From NCBI GenBank assembly GCA_965217825.1, contig OZ244571.1, positions 1,248,882 to 1,312,881 on the forward strand: a stretch of DNA of 64,000 bases, in the 5' to 3' direction. Position numbers and translations under genes: made by a program. The notes beneath the pieces are model-generated. The model saw nothing but the letters and a program-made list of their open reading frames with translations. It was not told the DNA's origin and made no database searches. Shown one piece after another: positions 1-9,452 of the stretch. Every line of letters starts with the position of its first letter. Position 1 is the first letter of the stretch. The DNA comes from Candidatus Azotimanducaceae bacterium. Lineage in GTDB: Bacteria > Pseudomonadota > Gammaproteobacteria > Pseudomonadales > Azotimanducaceae.

Positions 1-1
1 C

Positions 2-838
2 GCGGAACGGTATGCCGTGCTGGAAATGTTCCTGAAGCTGCATTACGAAGACGTGCACCCCGTCACGCGCGAAATCATCGCCGGAGGTGCCGCGCCTTCG
101 GCGGCTTCCGCTTTCCACGCGCAGTACGAACTCGCCGAACTGAAGCGCCAAGCGTCTCGAATATTCGAAACGGCGGACGTGCTCATCCTGCCGACGGCGC
201 CGACGATATTCGCCGTCGAGGAGGTGGAGCGCGACCCCGTGGCGACGAACAGTCGACTGGGCGTCTTTGCCAACTTCGTCAATCTTCTCGACCTGTGCGC
301 GCTGGCCATTCCCGCGGGCAGATTGCCGTCCGGATTGCCGTTGGGTGTCACATTGATCGCGCCGGCGGGCCGGGACCATGCTCTGCTCGACTACGGTGCG
401 CGGTTGCTCGGCGAGTCCGCCGCAACCGGCGAGCGTCCCGGTGAGACCCACGTCGCGGTCTGCGGCGCGCACCTTTCGGGACAGCCACGCAACGGCGAGT
501 TGAGGCGACTCGGCGGCTATCTCGTCCGCAGCGCCCACACGAGCGCCCGCTATCGGCTCTACGCCCTGCCGGACGGCAAGCGACCCGCGCTGATTCGCGA
601 CGAAACCGACGGCGCAGCCATTGCGGTGGAGGTCTGGTCGCTTCCGACGACCGCTGTCGGTGCTTTTCTCACCGGTATCGGCCAGCCCCTCGGACTCGGC
701 AGGATCGAGTTGTCCGATGACGCCTGGGTCGGCGGCTTCATCGCGGAACCCGTCGCCGTAGTCGGCGCGACCGAGATTACCCGCTTCGGCGGCTGGCGCA
801 CCTACCGGGCTTCAGGGCGAGGACATGGATCAGGTTGA
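2..838 (+). CDS. allophanate hydrolase / amidase-signature family protein, C-terminal part (5' end outside window)
   Basis: The frame is open from base 2. The translation has the end of an amidase-signature core (ADVLILPTAP, FANFVNLLDLCALAIPAG). This is followed by the AtzF-type allophanate hydrolase C-terminal domain (VAVCGAHLSGQPRN...YRLYALPDGKRPALI...VEVWSLP). Confidence 0.8.
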   Translation, partial: AERYAVLEMFLKLHYEDVHPVTREIIAGGAAPSAASAFHAQYELAELKRQASRIFETADVLILPTAPTIFAVEEVERDPVATNSRLGVFANFVNLLDLCALAIPAGRLPSGLPLGVTLIAPAGRDHALLDYGARLLGESAATGERPGETHVAVCGAHLSGQPRNGELRRLGGYLVRSAHTSARYRLYALPDGKRPALIRDETDGAAIAVEVWSLPTTAVGAFLTGIGQPLGLGRIELSDDAWVGGFIAEPVAVVGATEITRFGGWRTYRASGRGHGSG

Positions 839-1708
839 CTCCGCCGAATCAAATTGCCTGCTCACGCGGCGCTTCGCTTCCTCATAGACGTCGTCAGATA
901 ACGGGCCTCTGCTCGCCGCGCGAACGTTGTCCGCCAGATGATCGAGACTCAACGTGCCGATGATCGTCGTGTTCACGTGCGAATGGCTGATGGTGAAGCG
1001 CAGCATGAACTCCATCATCGACATGTTCTCGCGCAAGTCGTCGGTAGCCGTGGTAGCCCGCGCGCTGCGCGCCACATCGCTCCGAATGACCGTGCCCGCG
1101 CCCCCACGCGATGCCCTGGTGATCCACTCGTGGTGCTGCGGCTGCGCCAGTGAATACGGAATCTGAAACGCATCGAACACGCCCATCTCGATCTGTTCCC
1201 TGAGGTTTGGCAGGTCGCCCGACATGCCCGTGAAGCGGATCTTGCCCTCGGCTCTTAACACGTCGAGCTCTGCAACCGAGTCGTTTTCCTCGAGCACTGA
1301 TCGCGTCGGGTTGTGGTGAAACTGCACGAGGTCCAGATGATCGGTCTTCATGCGCTCCAGGCTTTGCTCGACACAAGCGCGGATGTTCTGTCGCGTAAAC
1401 ACATGAGGAGGCCGCTCGCCCGATGCCGGTCGAGGTTGGTTGATCGGGCAGCCACATTTGCTCGCGAGAAAATACTGGTCGCGGCGATGAGAGATCGCCT
1501 CGCCGATTAGAGTCTCCGAGTCGCCGTAATCCGGTGAGGTGTCGATGAAGTTGATGCCGGCATCGAGGACGGCATTCAACAAACGCTTCGCGGGCTCTGC
1601 CTCTATCGCACGCCCCCTGAGGCCGGCCATCAGTTCCATTGCGCCATAGCCGAGCCGGGTGACCTCGAAACCGGTTCGCCCGAGCATCGTTTTTGGAAGA
1701 TCGCTCAT
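830..1708 (-). CDS. aldo/keto reductase
   Basis: 292-aa ORF with the typical AKR N-terminus (LGRTGFEVTRLGYGAMEL...GINFIDTSPDYGDSE). Its 3' end converges on and overlaps the upstream gene by 9 nt. Confidence 0.85.
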   Translation of the reverse strand: MSDLPKTMLGRTGFEVTRLGYGAMELMAGLRGRAIEAEPAKRLLNAVLDAGINFIDTSPDYGDSETLIGEAISHRRDQYFLASKCGCPINQPRPASGERPPHVFTRQNIRACVEQSLERMKTDHLDLVQFHHNPTRSVLEENDSVAELDVLRAEGKIRFTGMSGDLPNLREQIEMGVFDAFQIPYSLAQPQHHEWITRASRGGAGTVIRSDVARSARATTATDDLRENMSMMEFMLRFTISHSHVNTTIIGTLSLDHLADNVRAASRGPLSDDVYEEAKRRVSRQFDSAEST

Positions 1709-1726
1709 CTCGCATGCCCCGCGGGG

Positions 1727-2821
1727 TTGGGAGTCGTGGTGAAGGGTGGGAGATTTGGTCTCCGAAGCAGTTCTGTATTAGACAGCCTTCCCCAGCCGAA
1801 TGAAAAGCGGGATGATGGAGTGCGCTTGAGCGACGCGGATGGAGAAGTAATATTGGATGGCGAGTGGGCGTTTCCGGACGCGTTGCAGCCTGGTGCCGAG
1901 GATGTGAGCTTCGATCTCGACGCTGCCTTGAACGCCGTGGTCATGTTGCGAGCCGAGATCCCAGCCGATGCGTTTACCGCATCCGCGCTCGGAACGGAAC
2001 GCATCGGCAACGGCGTTGTCATCGACGACGACGGGTTGGTCTTGACCATTGGCTACCTGATCGCGGAAGCGAGCAGCATCTGGCTGACGAGCAACTTGGG
2101 CACGACCGTCGCTGCATATTCTCTGGCATACGATCACGTCACCGGATTCGGGCTGGTCCGTGCAGTGGAACCGTTGAGTGCCACGGTTCTCCAGCGCGGC
2201 AGCGCGGATTCGTGCGAACGCGGCGATCAAGTGTTCGTTATCGGCCAGGGCGGGCGATCGCATGCCTTGAAAGCCAGCCTGACCGACAAGCGGGAATTCG
2301 CGGGTTACTGGGAATACTTGCTCGACGAAGCTTTGTTCACCGCACCCGCACATCCGGAATGGGGCGGTGCGGCGCTGGTCGGAGAAGACGGCAAGCTGTT
2401 GGGGATCGGCTCTCTACTGGTACAGGAGGTCATCAGCGGAGAGAAGGTGCAAGGCAACATGCTCGTACCGATCGACCTCCTGAATCGCACGCTCGACAAC
2501 TTGTTGACCACTGGGCGTTCCCCGGGGCAGCCGCGACCATGGCTCGGAATGTTCACTGGGGAAGCGGGCGGCCGACTCGTGGTCAGCGGGCTCGCGCGCG
2601 GTGGTCCCGGGGCAACGGCCGGCATGCGGCCGGGCGATGTGGTTCGAGAGATCGACGGCGAACGTGTGTCGACCCTCGCGCAGATGCTATCCGCGGTCTG
2701 GAAACTCGGCCCGGTCGGGGTGACCGTTCCCGTGACGTTTGCGCGTGCAGGCCAAGTGCGGAGATGCAAGATCGAGTCCGCAGATCGCACCGACTTCCTG
2801 AAGAAGCCCGTACTGCATTGA
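1727..2821 (+). CDS. trypsin-like (S1C) serine protease with C-terminal PDZ domain
   Basis: Protease core motifs are present (GNGVVIDDDGLVLTIGYL, GGAALVGEDGKLLGIGS). A PDZ-like segment follows (GLARGGPGATAGMRPGDVVREIDGERVSTLAQM). The start codon is uncertain and the first ~40 aa are not conserved-looking. Confidence 0.7.
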   Translation: MGVVVKGGRFGLRSSSVLDSLPQPNEKRDDGVRLSDADGEVILDGEWAFPDALQPGAEDVSFDLDAALNAVVMLRAEIPADAFTASALGTERIGNGVVIDDDGLVLTIGYLIAEASSIWLTSNLGTTVAAYSLAYDHVTGFGLVRAVEPLSATVLQRGSADSCERGDQVFVIGQGGRSHALKASLTDKREFAGYWEYLLDEALFTAPAHPEWGGAALVGEDGKLLGIGSLLVQEVISGEKVQGNMLVPIDLLNRTLDNLLTTGRSPGQPRPWLGMFTGEAGGRLVVSGLARGGPGATAGMRPGDVVREIDGERVSTLAQMLSAVWKLGPVGVTVPVTFARAGQVRRCKIESADRTDFLKKPVLH

Positions 2822-3149
2822 GTCCGAGCGCGCCATCTCAGGTGCGCTACACCTTGGACGCCTTGCGGCCCCGACGACGGCACTTCAAGGACGTCTTGGT
2901 ACGGGGTCAGCGGCGACAACAGGCCCTTCGCTATCGACCAGCAATACCGGCACCCCGCCGTCTACTGTTTCCTCGACACGACTACGCGTGCTTGCAGCGC
3001 CCGCGATTGAGTACCGGGGCTTTCGTGTCGCAGCGGTAGCCGCGAAGTCGTGGGCGTCGAGCGCGCCAAGGCGCCAGAATCGCGTCGGGCGACAATCCCA
3101 CGGGGATTGCGGACATCGGCGATTGCGCGTTGCTCGGCGCGCATTCACG

Positions 3150-3316
3150 CTAGTGTTCCGTCAAGTCTAAAAATGCGAGTGTAGCTGCGAGGGATTTTTG
3201 GTTCCTGGCGAGGCGCGACGACGCGGTGTGGCAGGCACCACACAAGGAGGAGCAACGAAGCCAGGGGCCGAAAAGACCCGCAGATACCCGCAGATTTAGA
3301 CTTGACGGAGCACTAG
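3150..3316. repeat. MITE-like element / long hairpin: 22-bp terminal inverted repeats flanking ~123 bp
   Basis: CTAGTGTTCCGTCAAGTCTAAA (3150-3171) is the reverse complement of TTTAGACTTGACGGAGCACTAG (3295-3316) with one mismatch. It lies in an intergenic region and contains a 10-bp tandem (ACCCGCAGAT x2) near the right arm. Confidence 0.5.
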
Positions 3317-3407
3317 GCAAGGCGGTTTGAATGCGTAAACGAGCCCATGATATTTTCGCTGGCAATGCGCCGAAGGGCGCGGCGGTGCCTGACTGAGGGA
3401 CGTACCC

Positions 3408-4106
3408 ATGAAGCGAAACCCCGTTCTTTCCGCCGAAGACCCCATGTATCCGAGTTCCGACGGTCTGCCGTTGGCTGAAAACGACTGGCAGTTGAAGGCG
3501 ATCCACGACGCCTACGGCGCGCTGAACGTTCGCTACCTGGATCGACCTGACGTATACGTGTCGTGCGACCTGCTGATCTATTACGAGGAGGGCGACCCTC
3601 GCAAGTCCGTGGCGCCGGATGTTTTTGTCGTTTTCGGGGCGGCGAAGCGCAACCGCATGATCTACAAGCTGTGGGAGGAGCCGAAGGCGCCGGACTTCGT
3701 TCTGGAAGTGGCGTCCAAGAACACATGGCGGGAGGACTTGGGTCGGAAGCGCGCCCTCTATGCGCAATTTGGGGTGCGGGAGTATTGGCTTTTCGACCCG
3801 AAGGAGGAGTACTTCGATCCCGCGCTTCAGGGGCTCGGCTTGCGGGGGCGCGCCTATCGGCCGCTGCTGGCACGCGTGGAGAATGGCGCGCGGGTGATTC
3901 GGAGCGAAGTGCTTGGTCTCGATCTGCGCGTCGAGAACCAGACGCTGCGTTTTCGCGACTTCGCAACGGGCGAGCAGCTTCGCAGCCATGCGGAGGCGGC
4001 GACGGCTCTAGCGAACGCCACGACGGGCCTCGCGGAGGAGAAGGTCGCCCGCCGGATTGCCGAGGCTCGAATCGCCGAACTGGAAGCGCGCCTGCGCGAA
4101 CCGTAG
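3408..4106 (+). CDS. Uma2-family (DUF820) restriction-endonuclease-like protein
   Basis: Characteristic Uma2 pattern: PSSDGLPLAEN...VSCDLLIYYEEGDPRKSVAPDVFVVFG...PDFVLEVAS...K...Y...GVREYWLFDP. The tail is a coiled coil. Confidence 0.85.
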   Translation: MKRNPVLSAEDPMYPSSDGLPLAENDWQLKAIHDAYGALNVRYLDRPDVYVSCDLLIYYEEGDPRKSVAPDVFVVFGAAKRNRMIYKLWEEPKAPDFVLEVASKNTWREDLGRKRALYAQFGVREYWLFDPKEEYFDPALQGLGLRGRAYRPLLARVENGARVIRSEVLGLDLRVENQTLRFRDFATGEQLRSHAEAATALANATTGLAEEKVARRIAEARIAELEARLREP

Positions 4107-4121
4107 CGCGTGGCGTAACCG

Positions 4122-5966
4122 TCACGCGTTCCGCATACCGTAGCCCAATTTCCGTATCTCCTTGCGGAACCTCGGCTCGGCATGCGTCCGCACGACGAGG
4201 CTCCGCTCGCCGACGCGCTGGCAAAGATTGGCGGTGCGTTTATTTTTGGCGAGCAGGTTCGCCAGATCCGCATCGACGCACTCCACGATCAATGCCATGC
4301 CCGTTGGGCATAGCGCCGCGGCGCGCCGTTCCGTGTCCCGCAGAAACCGTTCGACGGTTTCCGGCAAGGGTTGATCGTCCCGCGCCTGAAGAAACTCGCG
4401 CAATACCCCCATGGGCTGCCCGCTCTCGACGCTGGACAGGGTCTTGTCGCGATCGAGGCGCCATACCTGTTCGGATTCCGCGGTCGCGAACGCTTCGAGC
4501 AACAGTCGCTCATCTGACGGGAGAGGCGCGTCCGAAACCTGAATCCGCAAATCCGGAAACAGGGTCAGCGATCCTCGACTTGTCGGTGTGCTCGGTTCGT
4601 AGCGATCAGTCAATCCAAGGCAGTAGGCCCCCAGCGCGTTAAGGCGGAAGCAATGCAGGCCGTCGTAGCGGCTCAAGAACGCGAGCTCGTCGCTTCCCGG
4701 CATCTCCCAATAGTCGCGTCGCGCGCCTTCGGGTTCGATATAGGCGATGTCGATCAGCCCCAAGGTGGCGGCGATTTCGAATAGGAAACACAGGATGTAG
4801 CGTTCCTGCAGTATGTTCCAGCCGTGGGAACCTCCATATCCGAGGCTGTCGTATCGCTGCTCGAAGAAATACAACTTCCATGGATCGCGAATCACGTCGA
4901 AATCGAACTCCGCCGCTTGCATGAACCGCGAAAACTCCTCGACGCGAACCCAGCGGCCCACCGGGCACTCCTCGAGGGCTGCGGCGACCATCCCTCGGCG
5001 CATGGATGGCGCGGTCATCGAGCGCTTGCCCCGGCCGCGCTGCCCCTTGATGGTGTCGACGCGATTGAATTCGTCGAGCAGCGAGCTCTTCAACCAGCGT
5101 TGCCAGAGTTTTTTCAAGGTTCCCGCCGCCGATGCGCGCAACGCGGCGTGCCCCGCCTTGGTCAGCGCGAGTTTTCGTCCCCGCAGTTCGACGAGTCTGG
5201 CGGCTTGCACCAACAATGGCCAAACGAAAGCTCTGATAGGTCCGACAACCTGATGCCAAGCCTTCTTTTTGTGCGCGACGGGGTGGAAAAAGTCCCCTTC
5301 CAACAGATTGTCGGCGATCAGTCGCACCGCTGCGGCGGAGGGTTGCGAAGTCTTCGCGCTCACGGCGATACCGCCGCGATCAATCAGTCGCAGGACGGTG
5401 AATAGATCCCGAAGCGCGGCGTGCTCCATGTTGCGCTGGATCAGCGGAACCATCTCGCTACTGTCCTGCGTCGTGTGGTAGCCGACAAATCGTCGAATTT
5501 CGTCGGGCGGCTCGTCCAGCGTTTCCAAGGTGGGTTCTTCGGGAGGCGGCACGAAGTCCCGCAGCCGCCCGGCAAGATCGGGGGGAATGGACTCCGGCTG
5601 GTATCCGTACCGAGTCTCGACGTAGACAAAAAGGCGCAACGGCGTGAGCGCGCAGTGGCCGTAATGGTCGACCGGGTATGGCGCGACGCCGTGCTTGGCG
5701 CGAAATCGCTCGACATCCAGTTTGCTGTCCAGCGAATACAGCGTTTCGCGCACGGCGAGTTGCTGGGTTTCGTCGAGGCCGTGCCAAAGGTGGCGCAGTC
5801 GATCACCGTCGAGTTGACGCTCGAGCGCGGCGATCAGGTCGGCTTTGCGGGTTGGTTTGGCGACTTCCGGCGTGAGCCGTAGGAGCTTCTTCAGATCCTC
5901 TACAGACAGCAGCCCCAGCGCTTCTGCGAGATTTGCTGGCGGCAAGTTGTAGCGGTAGCTCGGCAT
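4122..5966 (-). CDS. conserved-looking hypothetical protein (614 aa), no family recognised
   Basis: Long ORF with balanced amino-acid composition. The overlapping alternative-frame ORFs are Arg/Pro/Gly-rich artefacts. No motif I can name. Confidence 0.6.
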   Translation of the reverse strand: MPSYRYNLPPANLAEALGLLSVEDLKKLLRLTPEVAKPTRKADLIAALERQLDGDRLRHLWHGLDETQQLAVRETLYSLDSKLDVERFRAKHGVAPYPVDHYGHCALTPLRLFVYVETRYGYQPESIPPDLAGRLRDFVPPPEEPTLETLDEPPDEIRRFVGYHTTQDSSEMVPLIQRNMEHAALRDLFTVLRLIDRGGIAVSAKTSQPSAAAVRLIADNLLEGDFFHPVAHKKKAWHQVVGPIRAFVWPLLVQAARLVELRGRKLALTKAGHAALRASAAGTLKKLWQRWLKSSLLDEFNRVDTIKGQRGRGKRSMTAPSMRRGMVAAALEECPVGRWVRVEEFSRFMQAAEFDFDVIRDPWKLYFFEQRYDSLGYGGSHGWNILQERYILCFLFEIAATLGLIDIAYIEPEGARRDYWEMPGSDELAFLSRYDGLHCFRLNALGAYCLGLTDRYEPSTPTSRGSLTLFPDLRIQVSDAPLPSDERLLLEAFATAESEQVWRLDRDKTLSSVESGQPMGVLREFLQARDDQPLPETVERFLRDTERRAAALCPTGMALIVECVDADLANLLAKNKRTANLCQRVGERSLVVRTHAEPRFRKEIRKLGYGMRNA

Positions 5967-6032
5967 ATTGCGTGTGATCGTGAAAGCGTTTCGTGCCTGT
6001 ACGCCGCGCCCGCCGCTTGCGCTGCGCGCGCG

Positions 6033-7685
6033 CTAGTTGCTGCGCAGCACCCGTCCGGCGCACACGTCCGTCAGTTCGTCGTCGCGGAGAAGGACCTCGC
6101 CGTTGCACAGCGTCGCCTTGTAGCCGACAGCGCGCTGAATGAAGCGCGGCGCGCCGAACGGGAAGTCGTGGACGATTTTCGGCATCCGCTCCTCCAACCG
6201 GTCCAGGTCGAAGACATTGATATCGGCGCGTTTGCCCACGGCCAAGGTGCCCCGGTCGTCGAGACCGAGCACATCTGCTGGCACCGCGCTGATCCGGCGC
6301 ACGGCCTCCTGCAAGCTGTAGACACCTGCGTCGCGAGCCCAGTGGGACAGGACGAAAGTTGCCCATCCGGAGTCGATCATCTGGCTCACGTGCGCGCCGG
6401 CGTCGCCCAGACCCGGCATCGCCCAATCCATGGTGATCAGCTTTTGCAAGGCTTCCAGGTCGGTGTTGAAGCCGCGGAGATGGAACAGCGCCTCGCCGTC
6501 GGTCTGGTCGGTGATGCGCAACCAGGTCTCCACGGGATGCTCCCCCGCGGCTTGCGCCTTGTGATACAGGCTTTCATCAGGTTGGTGGGTGTAGCGTGGT
6601 CTTTGCGCGTCGCCCATCCAGAACCAGCGTTTCATCGTTTCCATCGCCGGTTCGCCCTGGGCCTTGACCTCGTCGATCAACTGGCGTCGGGTTTCGGCGT
6701 GCCGAATCGCCTTCAGACGACCGTCGAAGTCGTGCTTGCGCAGCGCGATCCACGCCGGCGTACGGAAGAAGTTGTTGGTCATCAAGCCGCCAACGCCCCC
6801 GCCGCTTCTCGGCACGGTGACGGAGGTCACCTTGAGGCCTTCGGCGCGCATGGCCATCACCTTTTCGTTCAGGCGTTCGGGGCCGAACTCGAGCGCCGAA
6901 CTGAATAGCGCGCCGCGGGCCAGGCGCGCCTCGTCGGCGATGAGCGCTATTTCCTCTTCGAATTCACGGAAGTCGGACACCGTCTGCATCAAACCGCCGT
7001 GCGCGCCGACTTCCCTGGCTACCGCCCGCAGCTCGTCGCGATGGGCGAAGGTGCCGGGAATTGAACGGCCGTCGGGCAGGCGGTGTTGCGGCAATCGGTT
7101 GGTGGAGAAACCGACCGCGCCTTCCTTGACCGACTGTCCGGCCAGCGCTGCGATTTGTTGGATTTCATCTTCGGTGGCGGGCTCTTCAACCGCGCGCTCG
7201 CCCATCACGTAAAACCGCGTGGCGCAATGGCCGACCAACCCGCAAATGTTGATCGAGGGTCCCAGTGCTTCAAGGGCGTCGAGATAGCTGCCATAGGACT
7301 CCCAGTTCCACGGTAATCCGTGCAGGATGGCCTTCTTGGGGATGTCCTCGACCGTCTCCATCATGCCGGCGAGAAACTCTCTGTCGGCAGGCTTGCAGGG
7401 CGCGAACGTCACGCCGCAGTTGCCGAGCAGGGCTGTCGTGACGCCGTGCCACGACACGGACGTGACCTGCGGGTCCCAACCGATCTGGGCATCGAGGTGT
7501 GTATGCAGGTCGACGAAGCCGGGCGATACGATCAATCCATCAGCTTGAATCTCTTCCTTGCCTCTGCCGTCGACCTTGCCGATCTCGACGATTTGATCGC
7601 CGTCCACGGCGACGTCCGCACGGAAGGGCTCGCTTCCCGTGCCGTCGACTACGTTGCCGCCCCGAATGACTAGATCGTGACTCAT
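6033..7685 (-). CDS. D-aminoacylase-type metal-dependent amidohydrolase
   Basis: MSHDLVIRGGNVVDGTGSEPFRADVAVDGDQIVEIG...GLIVSPGFVDLHTHLD is the N-acyl-D-amino-acid deacylase / amidohydrolase-3 signature. I place the start at the ATG at 7685, because the 603-aa track ORF has an unconserved 53-aa extension. Confidence 0.85.
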   Translation of the reverse strand: MSHDLVIRGGNVVDGTGSEPFRADVAVDGDQIVEIGKVDGRGKEEIQADGLIVSPGFVDLHTHLDAQIGWDPQVTSVSWHGVTTALLGNCGVTFAPCKPADREFLAGMMETVEDIPKKAILHGLPWNWESYGSYLDALEALGPSINICGLVGHCATRFYVMGERAVEEPATEDEIQQIAALAGQSVKEGAVGFSTNRLPQHRLPDGRSIPGTFAHRDELRAVAREVGAHGGLMQTVSDFREFEEEIALIADEARLARGALFSSALEFGPERLNEKVMAMRAEGLKVTSVTVPRSGGGVGGLMTNNFFRTPAWIALRKHDFDGRLKAIRHAETRRQLIDEVKAQGEPAMETMKRWFWMGDAQRPRYTHQPDESLYHKAQAAGEHPVETWLRITDQTDGEALFHLRGFNTDLEALQKLITMDWAMPGLGDAGAHVSQMIDSGWATFVLSHWARDAGVYSLQEAVRRISAVPADVLGLDDRGTLAVGKRADINVFDLDRLEERMPKIVHDFPFGAPRFIQRAVGYKATLCNGEVLLRDDELTDVCAGRVLRSN

Positions 7686-8028
7686 GGTTTCCCAACTTGG
7701 GCTGATATTCGTCTGCCTCGATGATAGGCGATGCACTTTACTGTCGCCATCGCGACGGCGGATAAGCTCTCGGCACCTCAGTGATCCACAACGAACCAAG
7801 GCGAGGTAGCGTAAAATAAAGGGTGGACGAGAACACTCGAACAAGTGATCGATTCGGAGCGCCCATAACCGATCAATCCGAGGCGCTTGCCCTCTCCCGA
7901 ACGGCTGGCGAACGACAGTTTCATGGACCAGCTACTACTACCGACGATCATCGCGGCGCTCCTCCGGCAAGCCGGCTGCGCGGCGGTGTGGCCGTTCGCG
8001 CTCGCGACGGCAAGCGTGGGAACCTGAA

Positions 8029-9348
8029 GTGAACGCAACCCCTCAATCGGAGGCGGTCATGCTGCTCACCGTCTCGTTCGGCAAAACCGACCGTGAGAGC
8101 GCCAGGCCACTGACTCCCAAAGAATGGGGCGAGCTCGCCGTATGGCTGAACGAACGGGACCTTGCGCCAGAGGATCTGCTCAAGGGCGATTTGCCAAGGC
8201 TGCTTGGCGACTGGCACCACCCAAAAGTGACAGGCGAGCGCATCGAAACCCTGCTGAGCCGGGGAGCGACGCTCGGATTCGCCCTGGAAAAGTGGCAGAG
8301 GGCGGGTTTGTGGGTGCTGATGCGGTCAGACCCCGAGTATCCAAAGCGCCTGAAACATCATCTTGGGTGGAAGGCGCCGGCGGTCCTGTTTGGCTGTGGT
8401 AACAAGAACCTTCTGGGCGCAGATAGCATAGCGGTAATTGGTTCCAGGCATGCTGACGATGCTGACATTCGCGTCGCAGAAAGCATCGGGCGACAAGCTG
8501 CTGAACGCGAACGGTCGGTCGTATCCGGCGGTGCCGCAGGCGTCGATCAGGCAGCGATGCGCGGTGCTCTTTGTGCCGAGGGGACGGCAATCGGCGTTCT
8601 GGCGGATAGCCTCCTTCGGTCCGCGACTTCGACGAAGTACCGCAAATACCTGATGTCGGGCGATCTGGCGTTGATTTCACCGTTCAACCCGGAAGCGCGT
8701 TTCCATGTAGGCAACGCCATGGCGCGCAACAAGTACATCTATTGCTTGGCCCAAGACGCTATCGTGATCAGCAGTACAGCCCACAACGGCGGAACATGGA
8801 ATGGTGCCGTCGAGAACCTGAATGGAGGATGGGTGCCTCTATGGGTCAAGCAGACTGAAACTCCAGGTTCAGGCAACCCCAAGCTTGTCGAGCTCGGGGG
8901 GCGGTGGCTGGAAGACCTCGATGATCCTGCGTTCGCTACGCAAGTGCATTGCCGGGACTCCGGTCGGGAGTCGAATCCAAACGGTGAAGCGTCGTGTCAA
9001 TTGCCCGGTGTCGGGCAAGAGGAATCGTCAGATGCGGCGAAGCAAGTCGAACACTCGCTTCGGCCCGTATCTTCAGGCTCGGACCGGCCGAATACGCGGA
9101 GCCGGGAAATCCAGCAATCGCCCCAGGGCGAGAGCGTCGACTTTGCCGAAGAACTTTATCGACAGGTCCGGTTGTTGGTGCCTGTCCTCTGCGCGGAACC
9201 GAAGAGGGCTGGAGCCATAGCGGATGCGCTTGGTGTGACCAAGCCTACGGCCGATGCCTGGATAAGGCGGCTTGTCCAGGAACGAATCTTGGTGAAGATT
9301 GCAAAGCCCGTGCGCTACGTTACCCGCGAGAGGGACCTCATCGGGTAA
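8029..9348 (+). CDS. DprA/Smf-family DNA-processing protein with N- and C-terminal extensions
   Basis: Rossmann-fold DprA core: IAVIGSRHADD...VVSGGAAGVDQAAMRGAL...GTAIGVLADSL...LISPFNPEARFHVGNAMARNKYIYCLA. The C-terminus has a winged-helix-like segment (AIADALGVTKPTADAWIRRLVQERIL). The start codon is GTG. Confidence 0.75.
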   Translation: MNATPQSEAVMLLTVSFGKTDRESARPLTPKEWGELAVWLNERDLAPEDLLKGDLPRLLGDWHHPKVTGERIETLLSRGATLGFALEKWQRAGLWVLMRSDPEYPKRLKHHLGWKAPAVLFGCGNKNLLGADSIAVIGSRHADDADIRVAESIGRQAAERERSVVSGGAAGVDQAAMRGALCAEGTAIGVLADSLLRSATSTKYRKYLMSGDLALISPFNPEARFHVGNAMARNKYIYCLAQDAIVISSTAHNGGTWNGAVENLNGGWVPLWVKQTETPGSGNPKLVELGGRWLEDLDDPAFATQVHCRDSGRESNPNGEASCQLPGVGQEESSDAAKQVEHSLRPVSSGSDRPNTRSREIQQSPQGESVDFAEELYRQVRLLVPVLCAEPKRAGAIADALGVTKPTADAWIRRLVQERILVKIAKPVRYVTRERDLIG

Positions 9349-9452
9349 TTGCCGTTGCGGAATGCCTGCCAGAGACTCCTTCCGGGAAAGTCCCACCCGA
9401 TAGCGGTAGCATCGCCCCGCAACGTGCTTGGTGTCGACACCAGGGGGTATTT

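Noticed and set aside
3150-4224. Long minus-strand ORFs (279 aa and 303 aa) overlapping the Uma2 gene and the MITE-like element
   Set aside because: They are Arg/Pro/Ala-rich, lie antisense to a gene with a clear family signature, and run through non-coding repeat sequence. These are typical high-GC alternative-frame artefacts.
8994-9452. N-terminal 153-aa extension of the acyl-CoA synthetase ORF
   Set aside because: It overlaps the 3' end of the DprA-like gene in another frame and has no similarity to AMP-binding enzymes. A good start (MEVPLLTDDF) lies at 9453.
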